Shown here piece after piece: positions 1-8,425 of a stretch of 64,000 bases of DNA. Under the pieces are notes generated by a model, which was given only the letters and a program-made list of their open reading frames with translations, ran no database searches and was not told the DNA's origin. Source of the DNA: a virus; the IMG/VR virus record IMGVR_UViG_3300042987_003836, positions 5,927-69,926 of that record; one strand, given 5' to 3'. Position 1 is the first letter of the stretch, and every line of letters starts with the position of its first letter. Made by a program: the position numbers and the translations under genes.

Positions 1-735
1 GAGTATTTTTCCAAAATAATCCTTGTCAGAGGGATCAAATGAAGCCGTAAGAACCTTGACTCCAGAAGAGCCATCTGCCGATGAGAAAGATGATCCGAGA
101 GAAGAAGATATCACGATCTTGAACTTAGACGAAGCGTCAACAGTCGTGGCGTCAAGCGTAGAGGGACCAAGACCAACAGCAGCGGCAGAACTAGTTAGAA
201 CCATTATTCTTGCCGTGTTGGGGGTCATGATAAGACCTCTTACGAGGTTAACATTTCCTCCTAAAACTGTGTCGTTGTCATTGAAGACAGGCATTCCAAA
301 CGCGCTATTGGCAGTAGGAGCATGTTGAGCAACTAAAAATTGAACAGACCCAAGAGCCCTCTTGTCATCAACGAGTGCGTCAACAGATCCAGGCAAAGTG
401 AAGCCTGCGTTCTTTACTGTTCCATACGACAGAGTCTCCGCAAGATCTGCATCTGTCGAGTTCGCTCCGCCGCCCAAGACTCTTGTGTATGTCAATGATG
501 CTCGGTGCTTTAAAAACTCGTTAGCTGCATAAGGTCCGTAATGCTTTGGATCAAGATTACCGAAAGTCTGTGAGAACTCATTGAAGTTGGACACAGTAAC
601 AGGAACAAAGGCTGGTCCTTTGTTCGATGTACCTATCACGGCAGCGGGGACGCCCACAGGTCCGGTAGTGGTTGGAGCTGAAAGGTCAATTTCACGCTCA
701 TAAAAGTTGGGCGACTTAAATGTCTGCTCGGCCAT
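1..735 (-). CDS. Tail sheath protein, 5' part (T4 gp18-like); runs off the left edge and is absent from the ORF track
   Basis: Manual translation from ATG at 735 gives MAEQTFKSPNFYEREIDLSAPTTTGPVGVPAAVIGTSNKGPAFVPVTVSNFNEFSQTFG..., the typical sheath N-terminus (SPxxYxREIDLS, GxxxKGP, F.FG). AAGGAG Shine-Dalgarno (SD) upstream; follows the neck genes. Confidence 0.9.
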   Translation of the reverse strand, partial: MAEQTFKSPNFYEREIDLSAPTTTGPVGVPAAVIGTSNKGPAFVPVTVSNFNEFSQTFGNLDPKHYGPYAANEFLKHRASLTYTRVLGGGANSTDADLAETLSYGTVKNAGFTLPGSVDALVDDKRALGSVQFLVAQHAPTANSAFGMPVFNDNDTVLGGNVNLVRGLIMTPNTARIMVLTSSAAAVGLGPSTLDATTVDASSKFKIVISSSLGSSFSSADGSSGVKVLTASFDPSDKDYFGKIL

Positions 736-798
736 TATCTAATCTCCTTCAATCAGTGATTCTGTGTCATAACTATCACCGACAAATGCAAGAAGACC

Positions 799-2025
799 TC
801 ACTTAATCACAACAATTTCCAGATCTTCCAAGGAAGCTCCTGTATAAACTGTCTCTCCCTTCGAAGTCGTACTTTTAACCTTAATGTATCCCCTGGGAAT
901 GCCAAGAGAAGCAGGATCGCTTTCTATGACGGCAGGATCATCAGAATTTCCTATTGAGTACACTTTTTGCTGTCTCCATCCGACATCTCTCTGGTCGTCT
1001 CTGTTGTTGTTTTTTTCATCTAACGGCAGAGTTGGATCGTCAGATCCTAGCGAATACATCGAGTCGTTGGTCTCTTCCGTGAGGGATGGATAGGCATTGG
1101 TGTCAAAACTAACAAATGGAGAAGAAACGTACCTCTTTATCGGAATGGGAAGACCGGGAGCCGAAGAAACAAAGAAGTATGCAGGAACAGTTACGTTAAA
1201 TGAATGCTTTATGTATCTCTCCTGCTGAGACATGTCGTCAAAATTGGTCTCAGTGTCAAAAGACCCTTCGTCGACTTTAGCAATAAACCAATAGCCCTTT
1301 GGAGTGTCGAGACGCCAAGACTGACCTTGCGGCAAGAAAGAGCTGAATATCTTTTCGAGTATCTGATTCGCATGCTGTGTATACTGTGTCCAGACTGTGA
1401 CTTGATACTTTGCAGTATAAAACTGAGGCATTGGAACCACAAGCGTCTCGTATACGTTGTTCTTCAAATTTGGAGAAAGAAATGCACCATCTTTAGCGAA
1501 TTTCAATCCTGCAAGAGAACCAGCTGATCTATCAGACGATAATCCTGTTGTGCTGGAATTGCTGACATTGGACTGATTCGGAAGCAAAAGTCTGTTGATT
1601 AGATTTTGATAATTTCTATCAGATTTGTCCAGTCGTCTCTTAACGATAATCTCACCTAGCTGTTGATTTATTCCTCTTCCGACTACGTCGTCTCCGATGT
1701 TTTGATTCAGCTCTGTTCTCATTATAGTGATGAGAGGCAAAATAAGCGTATTGTTTTTGTCCCTCAAGAGATTGCCTTTTTTCAGCAATGCCCACTTCTC
1801 TCCGGCAGCAAAAATTACAGGAACTTTCTTGAGGGGAGCAGAATCTATCCCGCCGCACTCTGCTGATATCTCTTTGTCAAAGAGACTGAACATAGACATA
1901 TCGACGTCTTCTATTCCGCAAGATGGTATAGAAAATTCAGGAGAACCTGCTACGTTTTCATAGCCCGTGGGGAGGGGCGATTGACCAAAATTTCTCTTTG
2001 AATTTGATTTTAATCTTGTAGACAT
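799..2025 (-). CDS. Tail terminator / sheath-stabiliser-like protein (T4 gp15-like)
   Basis: Motifs VPVIFAAGEKW and LPLITIMRT; sits between neck and sheath genes. Start MSTRLK (2025) chosen because of the GAGGG SD. Confidence 0.6.
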   Translation of the reverse strand: MSTRLKSNSKRNFGQSPLPTGYENVAGSPEFSIPSCGIEDVDMSMFSLFDKEISAECGGIDSAPLKKVPVIFAAGEKWALLKKGNLLRDKNNTLILPLITIMRTELNQNIGDDVVGRGINQQLGEIIVKRRLDKSDRNYQNLINRLLLPNQSNVSNSSTTGLSSDRSAGSLAGLKFAKDGAFLSPNLKNNVYETLVVPMPQFYTAKYQVTVWTQYTQHANQILEKIFSSFLPQGQSWRLDTPKGYWFIAKVDEGSFDTETNFDDMSQQERYIKHSFNVTVPAYFFVSSAPGLPIPIKRYVSSPFVSFDTNAYPSLTEETNDSMYSLGSDDPTLPLDEKNNNRDDQRDVGWRQQKVYSIGNSDDPAVIESDPASLGIPRGYIKVKSTTSKGETVYTGASLEDLEIVVIK

Positions 2026-2033
2026 TTCATCCC

Positions 2034-2702
2034 TCACTCATCATAAAAGGCAGATCCGACATTTGCTGGGTCTCCTTTTTCGGAAATTTCTTTTGGACCC
2101 GTGAGGGGCTTGTCAAGGACTCCGTTTTCCACGAGATCACGCTTGTCTCCGGTTTCATTTCCTTCTTGATCGAGAGAATCACCGCGTTGTTGGTGAAAAT
2201 CTGTCTGAACAGCGTCGGAGTCTGTATACCGTATATCAGTAGGCCCTAAAACAGGTGCAGAGAAAAGACCTTCGCGGGCCTTGACTCCAACAAGTTTGAC
2301 TCCATCTTTATGTTCGGGCATTCCGTAAATATTTCTCATGAAAACACGCTCAGTAATTTCATAGAAGACATCAGAGAAAGAGAAAAAATCTCCAATAGCA
2401 ACATTGATTCCCTTGTCAACGAGGTCTCTATGCTGAACGTAGACTTCAACCTTGTATTGTGCATCTATTCCAAACTTATCGATCTTAGTGTCGTTCTGAA
2501 AGTTATTGTCTACGAGTGCATCAAGCGCTATGGGATTATCATAAATCTTCTTGAGAGATTCGTTGTAAACTGCGTGGGTTTTCGTCTTTAGCTCTGAAAT
2601 CGGATAATAGTACACTTTTTGTCCGACAACATCTTTGATCAATTCTTTGGTAATGTCGGAAATAAAGTTTAATTCTCTCGGTGTAATGAATAAGCGTGCC
2701 AT
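2034..2702 (-). CDS. Neck / head-closure protein (T4 gp14-like)
   Basis: 222 aa; GQKVYYYP...VYNES and KFGID motifs; gp13-gp14-gp15-gp18 synteny. Confidence 0.6.
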   Translation of the reverse strand: MARLFITPRELNFISDITKELIKDVVGQKVYYYPISELKTKTHAVYNESLKKIYDNPIALDALVDNNFQNDTKIDKFGIDAQYKVEVYVQHRDLVDKGINVAIGDFFSFSDVFYEITERVFMRNIYGMPEHKDGVKLVGVKAREGLFSAPVLGPTDIRYTDSDAVQTDFHQQRGDSLDQEGNETGDKRDLVENGVLDKPLTGPKEISEKGDPANVGSAFYDE

Positions 2703-2705
2703 GGA

Positions 2706-3878
2706 TCACCCAATAGTAATTGCAGAACCTTTAGGCATGGGAACAAACTTCAGCTGCTTGTTGAGTGACTCTGAGGCAGCAGCATCAGCCTCCAACAGCT
2801 TCTGGTGTGTTAATTGAGCAAGGAACTCTTTCATCTGAGTCTGAAGGCGGTCTTTGTCTTCTCGCCCTTGATTGACAAGCGCTTCTCCGTTTAACTGTAG
2901 GTCAGCGTTTGGAATGGGTATGTTTTGGAACTTGGATCTAATGAGACCCAACAGTTCCTTTGAAAGAGCAAGCGTATATTGTCTTATCCATTGCCTGCCA
3001 GGCTGATTTATTGTGGCAAAAGGTAAATTGTCCAGCGGCACGTTTGATGCGCCAGATATTCCGTAAATTGTTTGATCTCCATAGGCGCTCGGATTCAGCG
3101 GATTCTGCGGCGGCAGCACCTTGCAGAACAGCTTTCCAACTTGAAGATCTGTGATTGGAATCGGGTATATCCTCAATTTGCTTCCCATTATTTCGTAAGA
3201 ATAATGAGATCTTCTCACTCTAAAAGCCGACTCCAACATGCCTCTTCTTAAGACATCTTCGAAGATTGGAAGGACATAAAATATGGAAGAATTTACATAA
3301 GACTCGTAATTGAAGTTGGTGGATAGAAAGTTGGTGATATTGCTAGCGTTGAGGAGGAAGTGTTGTGCGGCGAGAGGCTCAACATGAAATAACTCCACAA
3401 TTCTCAGCTTTCCCTTCTGAGAAAGACTGTTGTATACATTGCTTCCGCTGACAACGTCCTTAAGGTCAGAATATATGTCGTAATCTTGCTGTCCTGCAAC
3501 AATATCGAAATATCCGAATATTGCATTCTCAGACCCACCAACGAAAGCATTGGTCGCATAGGGCTCTGCCATTCTCAAGAGATACTCGAGAGATCGCTGT
3601 GTATATCTGTTCGTGATGTTGACAGATCCCGTGGCGGCGCCCAAGACGTTGGTCAACTCTGAAATTATCTTGGTCTCATGAAGAAGTCGAGAATATTCAC
3701 AAACTGACTCTTCGAAGCATGCCCATATTTCCTTCTTTGTCAGCTCCACAGAGAGAACATCATCGCCGAGTTTTCTCTTGACATAAGTGACCATGGCGTC
3801 TGCTTCTGACTGAAAGTCAGCATCCGAATCGAAAAATCCGAAAGGAGTCGGAGAGATTGTGTTTGAAAAAGTTGCCAT
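2706..3878 (-). CDS. Neck / head-tail adaptor (T4 gp13-like)
   Basis: YVKRKLG..LSVELT, WIRQYTLALSKELLGLIRSKF and LNGEALVNQG are recognisable gp13-family motifs. Confidence 0.8.
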   Translation of the reverse strand: MATFSNTISPTPFGFFDSDADFQSEADAMVTYVKRKLGDDVLSVELTKKEIWACFEESVCEYSRLLHETKIISELTNVLGAATGSVNITNRYTQRSLEYLLRMAEPYATNAFVGGSENAIFGYFDIVAGQQDYDIYSDLKDVVSGSNVYNSLSQKGKLRIVELFHVEPLAAQHFLLNASNITNFLSTNFNYESYVNSSIFYVLPIFEDVLRRGMLESAFRVRRSHYSYEIMGSKLRIYPIPITDLQVGKLFCKVLPPQNPLNPSAYGDQTIYGISGASNVPLDNLPFATINQPGRQWIRQYTLALSKELLGLIRSKFQNIPIPNADLQLNGEALVNQGREDKDRLQTQMKEFLAQLTHQKLLEADAAASESLNKQLKFVPMPKGSAITIG

Positions 3879-4022
3879 ACATCACACCTAGCTTAGAACG
3901 ATAAGTATGCGATCATCTAAGTTTTGTTTTCGGCCGCCATGAGATTTTATGGCACTTTCCTGGCGTTCGGCTCTCACTCTCGTGCATCAATCACGTCTTG
4001 GCTCGTTGTCTTATAAAAATCT

Positions 4023-4607
4023 TCACTTTGAGAACTTCTCTTTAAGAGAAGTTTCTTGAAAAGATCTTTTTAAGAATGCGTCTCTAAGAGAGCCTGGTGT
4101 CGGCGGCGGGATCACGGGCTGAGAAGCTACCTGATCGCTCTCAAAAGCCCGTGAAGATTCCTCAACTTTTTGCGTAGGCTTCTGTTCAAATTTTATCGCA
4201 GATACAGCAGGTGTAGAAGGCTTCGAAGAAATTATCGAAGATGCTGTAACTGTAATCTCGGGTTTTGATTGGCGACGAGAGACCTGTATGGCTTCGGCGA
4301 CAACAGAAAGAGTTTTCTTAAAGTTTATCTGGAACTGTAGGGGCGCAAAGTATCTGTTGTCGACGAGTACTTCTACTCTTGCCTTGTATGTTCCCTCAGA
4401 AATTTTCTTGTCCATACGCGGCAATGTGAACTGAACGACTTCGTCTTCTCCCGTTCCATAACCATTGAACATATAGGCAAAATCTTCGTTTTCACAGACA
4501 AGTCTCACTTTTGCGGGAGACATGGCTGTTCCTTCCATTTTAATCTTAAAAGTAAGATCGTTCGATTCCTCGAGATCCAGTTCTACAGTTTCTGTCAAGG
4601 GTTCCAT
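4023..4607 (-). CDS. Hypothetical protein, probably virion-associated (N-terminal beta-sandwich, low-complexity tail)
   Basis: 194-aa ORF co-oriented within the structural operon. Confidence 0.55.
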   Translation of the reverse strand: MEPLTETVELDLEESNDLTFKIKMEGTAMSPAKVRLVCENEDFAYMFNGYGTGEDEVVQFTLPRMDKKISEGTYKARVEVLVDNRYFAPLQFQINFKKTLSVVAEAIQVSRRQSKPEITVTASSIISSKPSTPAVSAIKFEQKPTQKVEESSRAFESDQVASQPVIPPPTPGSLRDAFLKRSFQETSLKEKFSK

Positions 4608-4623
4608 CGCAGATACATATCTC

Positions 4624-5034
4624 TCACTTTATCCTGTTGACTGAGATCTTTATGTCGTCGTAAATAGATCTCACTTTAACAGTAACTTTCCTGACAGCTC
4701 TCACAGCTATCTGTGAGGCATCAGTTAGCTTCACTTTTACAGAACCTTGCAGTGGTCGAGAAATTTCTTTGTCATTGACCCTGATGAGCTTCGCCCAGAC
4801 GACAACCTCTTGTATCTCTCTAAGCGCTCTTTTGGCACCAGATTGTCCCAGCTCAATAAATCTGAGAACAGCATCGCCAATAAAAGACATGAGACTGAAC
4901 CCCTGGGCGACGATGTTTTGATTTCTTCCGAAACCTCTCGTGACCATCGTCATTCCTCGACTTCTACCAGGCGTAAAACCACCACCTGGTTGACCTTGAA
5001 CTCTACCTGGGGATCCGACTGGTATTCTTGCCAA
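4624..5034 (-). CDS. Hypothetical basic protein
   Basis: 136-aa ORF abutting its neighbours; TTG start uncertain. Confidence 0.55.
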   Translation of the reverse strand: MARIPVGSPGRVQGQPGGGFTPGRSRGMTMVTRGFGRNQNIVAQGFSLMSFIGDAVLRFIELGQSGAKRALREIQEVVVWAKLIRVNDKEISRPLQGSVKVKLTDASQIAVRAVRKVTVKVRSIYDDIKISVNRIK

Positions 5035-5035
5035 G

Positions 5036-5503
5036 TTATACCTTCAATCTTTCAAATACGGCGTCGATCGATGGATTTCCTGCATCGTCAAGCAAATTAA
5101 ATCTGACGACTTCTGTTACGTTGTCATCTTTGTAGAAGATCATCTGGTTGTTGATAATTTTCCATCTGCCAAACTGAACATCGTAGATGCCCTGTATCCG
5201 CTCGTCCATTGCAGCGACCATGTCGTAGAGATCGTCTAGCTTTGCAATGACATTCAAGTCCTCTGACGCATAAGAAGTCGTAGCAAAAAAAGTTCCTGTG
5301 TCCCAAACGACTTGTCCAATAAAATCGTTAGAAAGGGTTATTAGGGCGGCGTATATGCCAGGAGCTGTTTGATAAACTCCGACTGTCGTTCTAGCTGTGG
5401 CTACACTTCCTGCTTGATCAAGAATCTTGTAGCCAACTCCGTTGACACCAATCGCATCGGCCTTCAATTTACCGAAATTAACACTTAAAAGCTTTTGAGG
5501 CAT
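5036..5503 (-). CDS. Hypothetical protein, probably virion-associated
   Basis: ORF track 5036..5569; start more likely MPQKLL at 5503, 6 nt after TATAAT. Confidence 0.6.
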   Translation of the reverse strand: MPQKLLSVNFGKLKADAIGVNGVGYKILDQAGSVATARTTVGVYQTAPGIYAALITLSNDFIGQVVWDTGTFFATTSYASEDLNVIAKLDDLYDMVAAMDERIQGIYDVQFGRWKIINNQMIFYKDDNVTEVVRFNLLDDAGNPSIDAVFERLKV

Positions 5504-5594
5504 CGTTAAATTATAAGCAATTAAAATACAGGTTGCAAATAAAATTGTCGTGTATGAATTACAGTCCATACACGACAGTCAAATCAAAGACACA

Positions 5595-5780
5595 TCAGAA
5601 AGTCTGCTGATCTACGGGAGCCGGTGGAGATTCCTGCTTTGGAGGTTGGAAGACCGAGATAGCTTCTGCGACGAGCGCAGCCTGCTCGAGCGAGAATGCG
5701 CCGCGAGCTTGAGCGAGTCGAGCTGCCTCGACGAGTACGTTAAGTGCTTTGTTCTGCTTCTCTACCAATTCGTTATCCAT
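5595..5780 (-). CDS. Small helical hypothetical protein
   Basis: 61 aa (ALNVLVEAARLAQARGAFSLEQAA); GC-rich codons; sigma70-like promoter upstream. Confidence 0.65.
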   Translation of the reverse strand: MDNELVEKQNKALNVLVEAARLAQARGAFSLEQAALVAEAISVFQPPKQESPPAPVDQQTF

Positions 5781-5810
5781 GTTTGTCCATCCTGTTCGGT
5801 ATACGTCGAT

Positions 5811-5840
5811 ATTCTATAGTCATCTCAGTCGTCTTGTAAA
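5811..5840 (-). promoter_or_regulatory. Sigma70-like promoter TTTACA-N18-TAGAAT
   Basis: Minus-strand -35 at 5840-5835 and -10 at 5816-5811, upstream of 5595..5780. Confidence 0.45.
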
Positions 5841-5911
5841 TGCATAATTTAAATTTGTAAAGAACGTAGAGCTATCCTGATATTTAAATTTTTAAAGAAA
5901 GCTGACATTTA

Positions 5912-6637
5912 ATGACGATCCAGATAGGAAGAAAACTCAGTCCACCGAGAGGATATTCTTTGTTGCTCGACGCATCGATACCTGAAAGCTACTCGGGAAG
6001 CTCAACGTGGTCTGACCTGTCGAACCAATCAAACAATCTATCTCTTGCTAATTCTCCCACATTTTCTCGCACAAGTTTCGGTGGAGGACAGCTATCGTTC
6101 AATGGAGCAAATCAGTACGGTTCACTATCAGAAATTGGGCTAGGTGGTAGTTTCACAATATCTGCCTGGGTAAAGAAAAGCGACACTTCTAGCACAGGAT
6201 GGATAGTAGGTAGCGGATGGGTGGCTACGACAGACAGCGCGGGCCTTGGAGTCGGATTTGGAATACAAGGATCGACGCTTACGCTCACGACTTGGGGGAA
6301 TCCTGGATACATAACGTGGAATGGAATAGAAGCAAACAAGTGGTATCACTTGTGTGCAGTTCAAAATGCAGGCCCAGATTATCACCCAGGTCCATGGGTT
6401 GCAAAGGTATTTGTGAATGGGTCCCAAGTGACATCGGGAGGATTTTACAACTATAACTATTACACGACAGGTGGCGCAGCGACGTCTTATATCGGTAGAA
6501 ATTCACACAGTTCGATAGACTCTTACAACTATTTCGGAGGAGCTATGGGTCAGATACTGATATACAACTCTCAAGCCCTTTCTAATGCTCAAGTCGTTGA
6601 GATATTTGGTCAGACTCGCGGAAGATACGGAATATAA
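5912..6637 (+). CDS. LamG / concanavalin A-like lectin-domain protein
   Basis: LLLDAS..SYSGS.TWSDLS, LSFNGANQYG, FTISAWVK, WYHLCAV, KVFVNG, YFGGAMGQILIYN..LS. Confidence 0.85.
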   Translation: MTIQIGRKLSPPRGYSLLLDASIPESYSGSSTWSDLSNQSNNLSLANSPTFSRTSFGGGQLSFNGANQYGSLSEIGLGGSFTISAWVKKSDTSSTGWIVGSGWVATTDSAGLGVGFGIQGSTLTLTTWGNPGYITWNGIEANKWYHLCAVQNAGPDYHPGPWVAKVFVNGSQVTSGGFYNYNYYTTGGAATSYIGRNSHSSIDSYNYFGGAMGQILIYNSQALSNAQVVEIFGQTRGRYGI

Positions 6638-6694
6638 TCTCTACTTTTTATTATCAAGAATTAAACTGAAAATATCAGTTTATAATTACTGTAG

Positions 6695-7390
6695 ATGTTT
6701 TCTCGCGTCTCTCTCAGCGGTTGCGGATGGAAGGTATTCTGGTACTACGGAGTGGTACAGAAGCTGGCAGAGCACCGCCTCATTGATCTGGAGAAAGTGG
6801 AGTGGATAACGGCGTCGGGTGGCGGCGGTGCTGCAATTCACTTTTTATCGGGATACGATGGCTACGAGGGATTTAAGCGTGCGATTAGGATCGCCAACCT
6901 CGTGAAGGCGGACAGAGCCCACAGGACTGTGACGGTGGCTGTGGATCAAATGGAGAAGGAAGCTCCAGATGACATTCACACGACGGGAAGACTTGTCATC
7001 TGCTATACGAAAGTATCTCTGTGGCCCTTCTACATGAGATATGAAATGATGGATGAGTTCCTCACGAAGAAGGACATGTTCGATGCATTGAGGGCGAGCA
7101 CTTCGATACCCGTGCTCAACGATGTTCTACGATTTAAAAACAGACACTTGCACGTGGACGCAGGACTCCTGTGCAATCAGCCCGCGAGACACCACAATAC
7201 TTTACGAATATCTGCTTGGCCGCTTTCTTTCGGGTCCGACATTAAACCACAGCCCAGCGCGTTGTTTGAAAATTACACAATATCTGTTCCTCCAGAAGAG
7301 GTGGCTGAAAAGATGTTCAATGAAGGACTCAAAGACGGAGAAAAGTTCTGTCTAAAATACAAGAAAACTAGAGAAGCCGCTTCAAGATAG
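6695..7390 (+). CDS. Patatin-like phospholipase
   Basis: Gly-rich SLSGCGW..W.YGV, nucleophile region TASGG, ALRASTSIP, catalytic VDAG (DGG-like). Confidence 0.75.
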   Translation: MFSRVSLSGCGWKVFWYYGVVQKLAEHRLIDLEKVEWITASGGGGAAIHFLSGYDGYEGFKRAIRIANLVKADRAHRTVTVAVDQMEKEAPDDIHTTGRLVICYTKVSLWPFYMRYEMMDEFLTKKDMFDALRASTSIPVLNDVLRFKNRHLHVDAGLLCNQPARHHNTLRISAWPLSFGSDIKPQPSALFENYTISVPPEEVAEKMFNEGLKDGEKFCLKYKKTREAASR

Positions 7391-8389
7391 CGCAACTTGC
7401 TTCCAGCTTCCGTTGTAGATATAAAATCTGTTGTTGGAAGAATCGTAATACATTGGCACTCTTCCCGAGATTGTCGACGGAACGGCTGTTGGCGGTCCAG
7501 CGGCAGCGGGTATGTAGAAAAATCCGCTTGTCATTCCTGTTGAACCCTCAGACGCATAGGTGTTTCCGTTCGAATTCACAGAGAACAAAGACGTACCGCT
7601 TGAGTTCTGTATAGAAAGATGGTCTCCCGTAGCAACAGGAGAGCCTGATTTATAGACTATTCCCTGGTCTGTTGAAGTCGAGGAGCCAGTGACGTAAAGT
7701 CTGGCAGTGTTTGCAATGAATCCTAGGCTACCTCCGGCAAGTATGTTTCCGCCGGAGTCGATTGTAAGACGAACAGTGGCTCCATCACCACCGTAGAAGC
7801 TATGCTGTAACGAAGTATAAGTGTTCGTGGCAACACCGAAAGCGTTCGGCGATCCTATTTTAATTCCGTGAGAAGATCCACCGTAGCTACTTGAAACATG
7901 AAGAGTTGCCTGCGGATTGTTCGTTCCAATTCCGACTCTTCCTCCTATAGTCCCAAGGGTACCTGTCACGAAGAGGAGAGAAGATCCTGAAGAATTCTGC
8001 ACATCCAGGAGACCCGCAGCATCGGCAGGGGAGGAAACTCCTCCCTTTATAGTCACAACAGGGGTAGCCGCTGAAGACGAACCAGACACAATTAGCACGG
8101 ATGTAGACGAAGTCGTGCCTATTGAGGTTGTCCCCAACAAGAAAGTGGCTGCTTTGACCTGAAGCGTGTCTTCTCCTGTATTATCGCCTAAAAAGCTCGA
8201 GCCCGACGTGACCAGACTTCCTGAAACTACCATGGTTCCAGCAAAAACTGCTCTCGCCGAGCTCGAGCCCGAGACGAAAAACGTGGTATCGGAGCCGGGT
8301 ATCTGTGGATTTTGAAAGACAATACTTCCAGATATACCGATCACGGAATTGCTTCCGTATCCAGAAATATTACTTGTTATTATCGGCAC
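7382..8389 (-). CDS. Fibre / appendage protein
   Basis: Gly/Ser-rich; GRVGIGTNNPQATLHV repeat; C-terminal YYDSSNNRFYIYNGSW; N-terminus similar to 8426..13162. Confidence 0.7.
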   Translation of the reverse strand: MPIITSNISGYGSNSVIGISGSIVFQNPQIPGSDTTFFVSGSSSARAVFAGTMVVSGSLVTSGSSFLGDNTGEDTLQVKAATFLLGTTSIGTTSSTSVLIVSGSSSAATPVVTIKGGVSSPADAAGLLDVQNSSGSSLLFVTGTLGTIGGRVGIGTNNPQATLHVSSSYGGSSHGIKIGSPNAFGVATNTYTSLQHSFYGGDGATVRLTIDSGGNILAGGSLGFIANTARLYVTGSSTSTDQGIVYKSGSPVATGDHLSIQNSSGTSLFSVNSNGNTYASEGSTGMTSGFFYIPAAAGPPTAVPSTISGRVPMYYDSSNNRFYIYNGSWKQVALS

Positions 8390-8425
8390 AGATTACCCAG
8401 CTCCTTTTACCTGATTATACGTTCT

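Noticed and set aside
23-328. Plus-strand 101-aa ORF
   Set aside because: Antisense to the tail sheath gene
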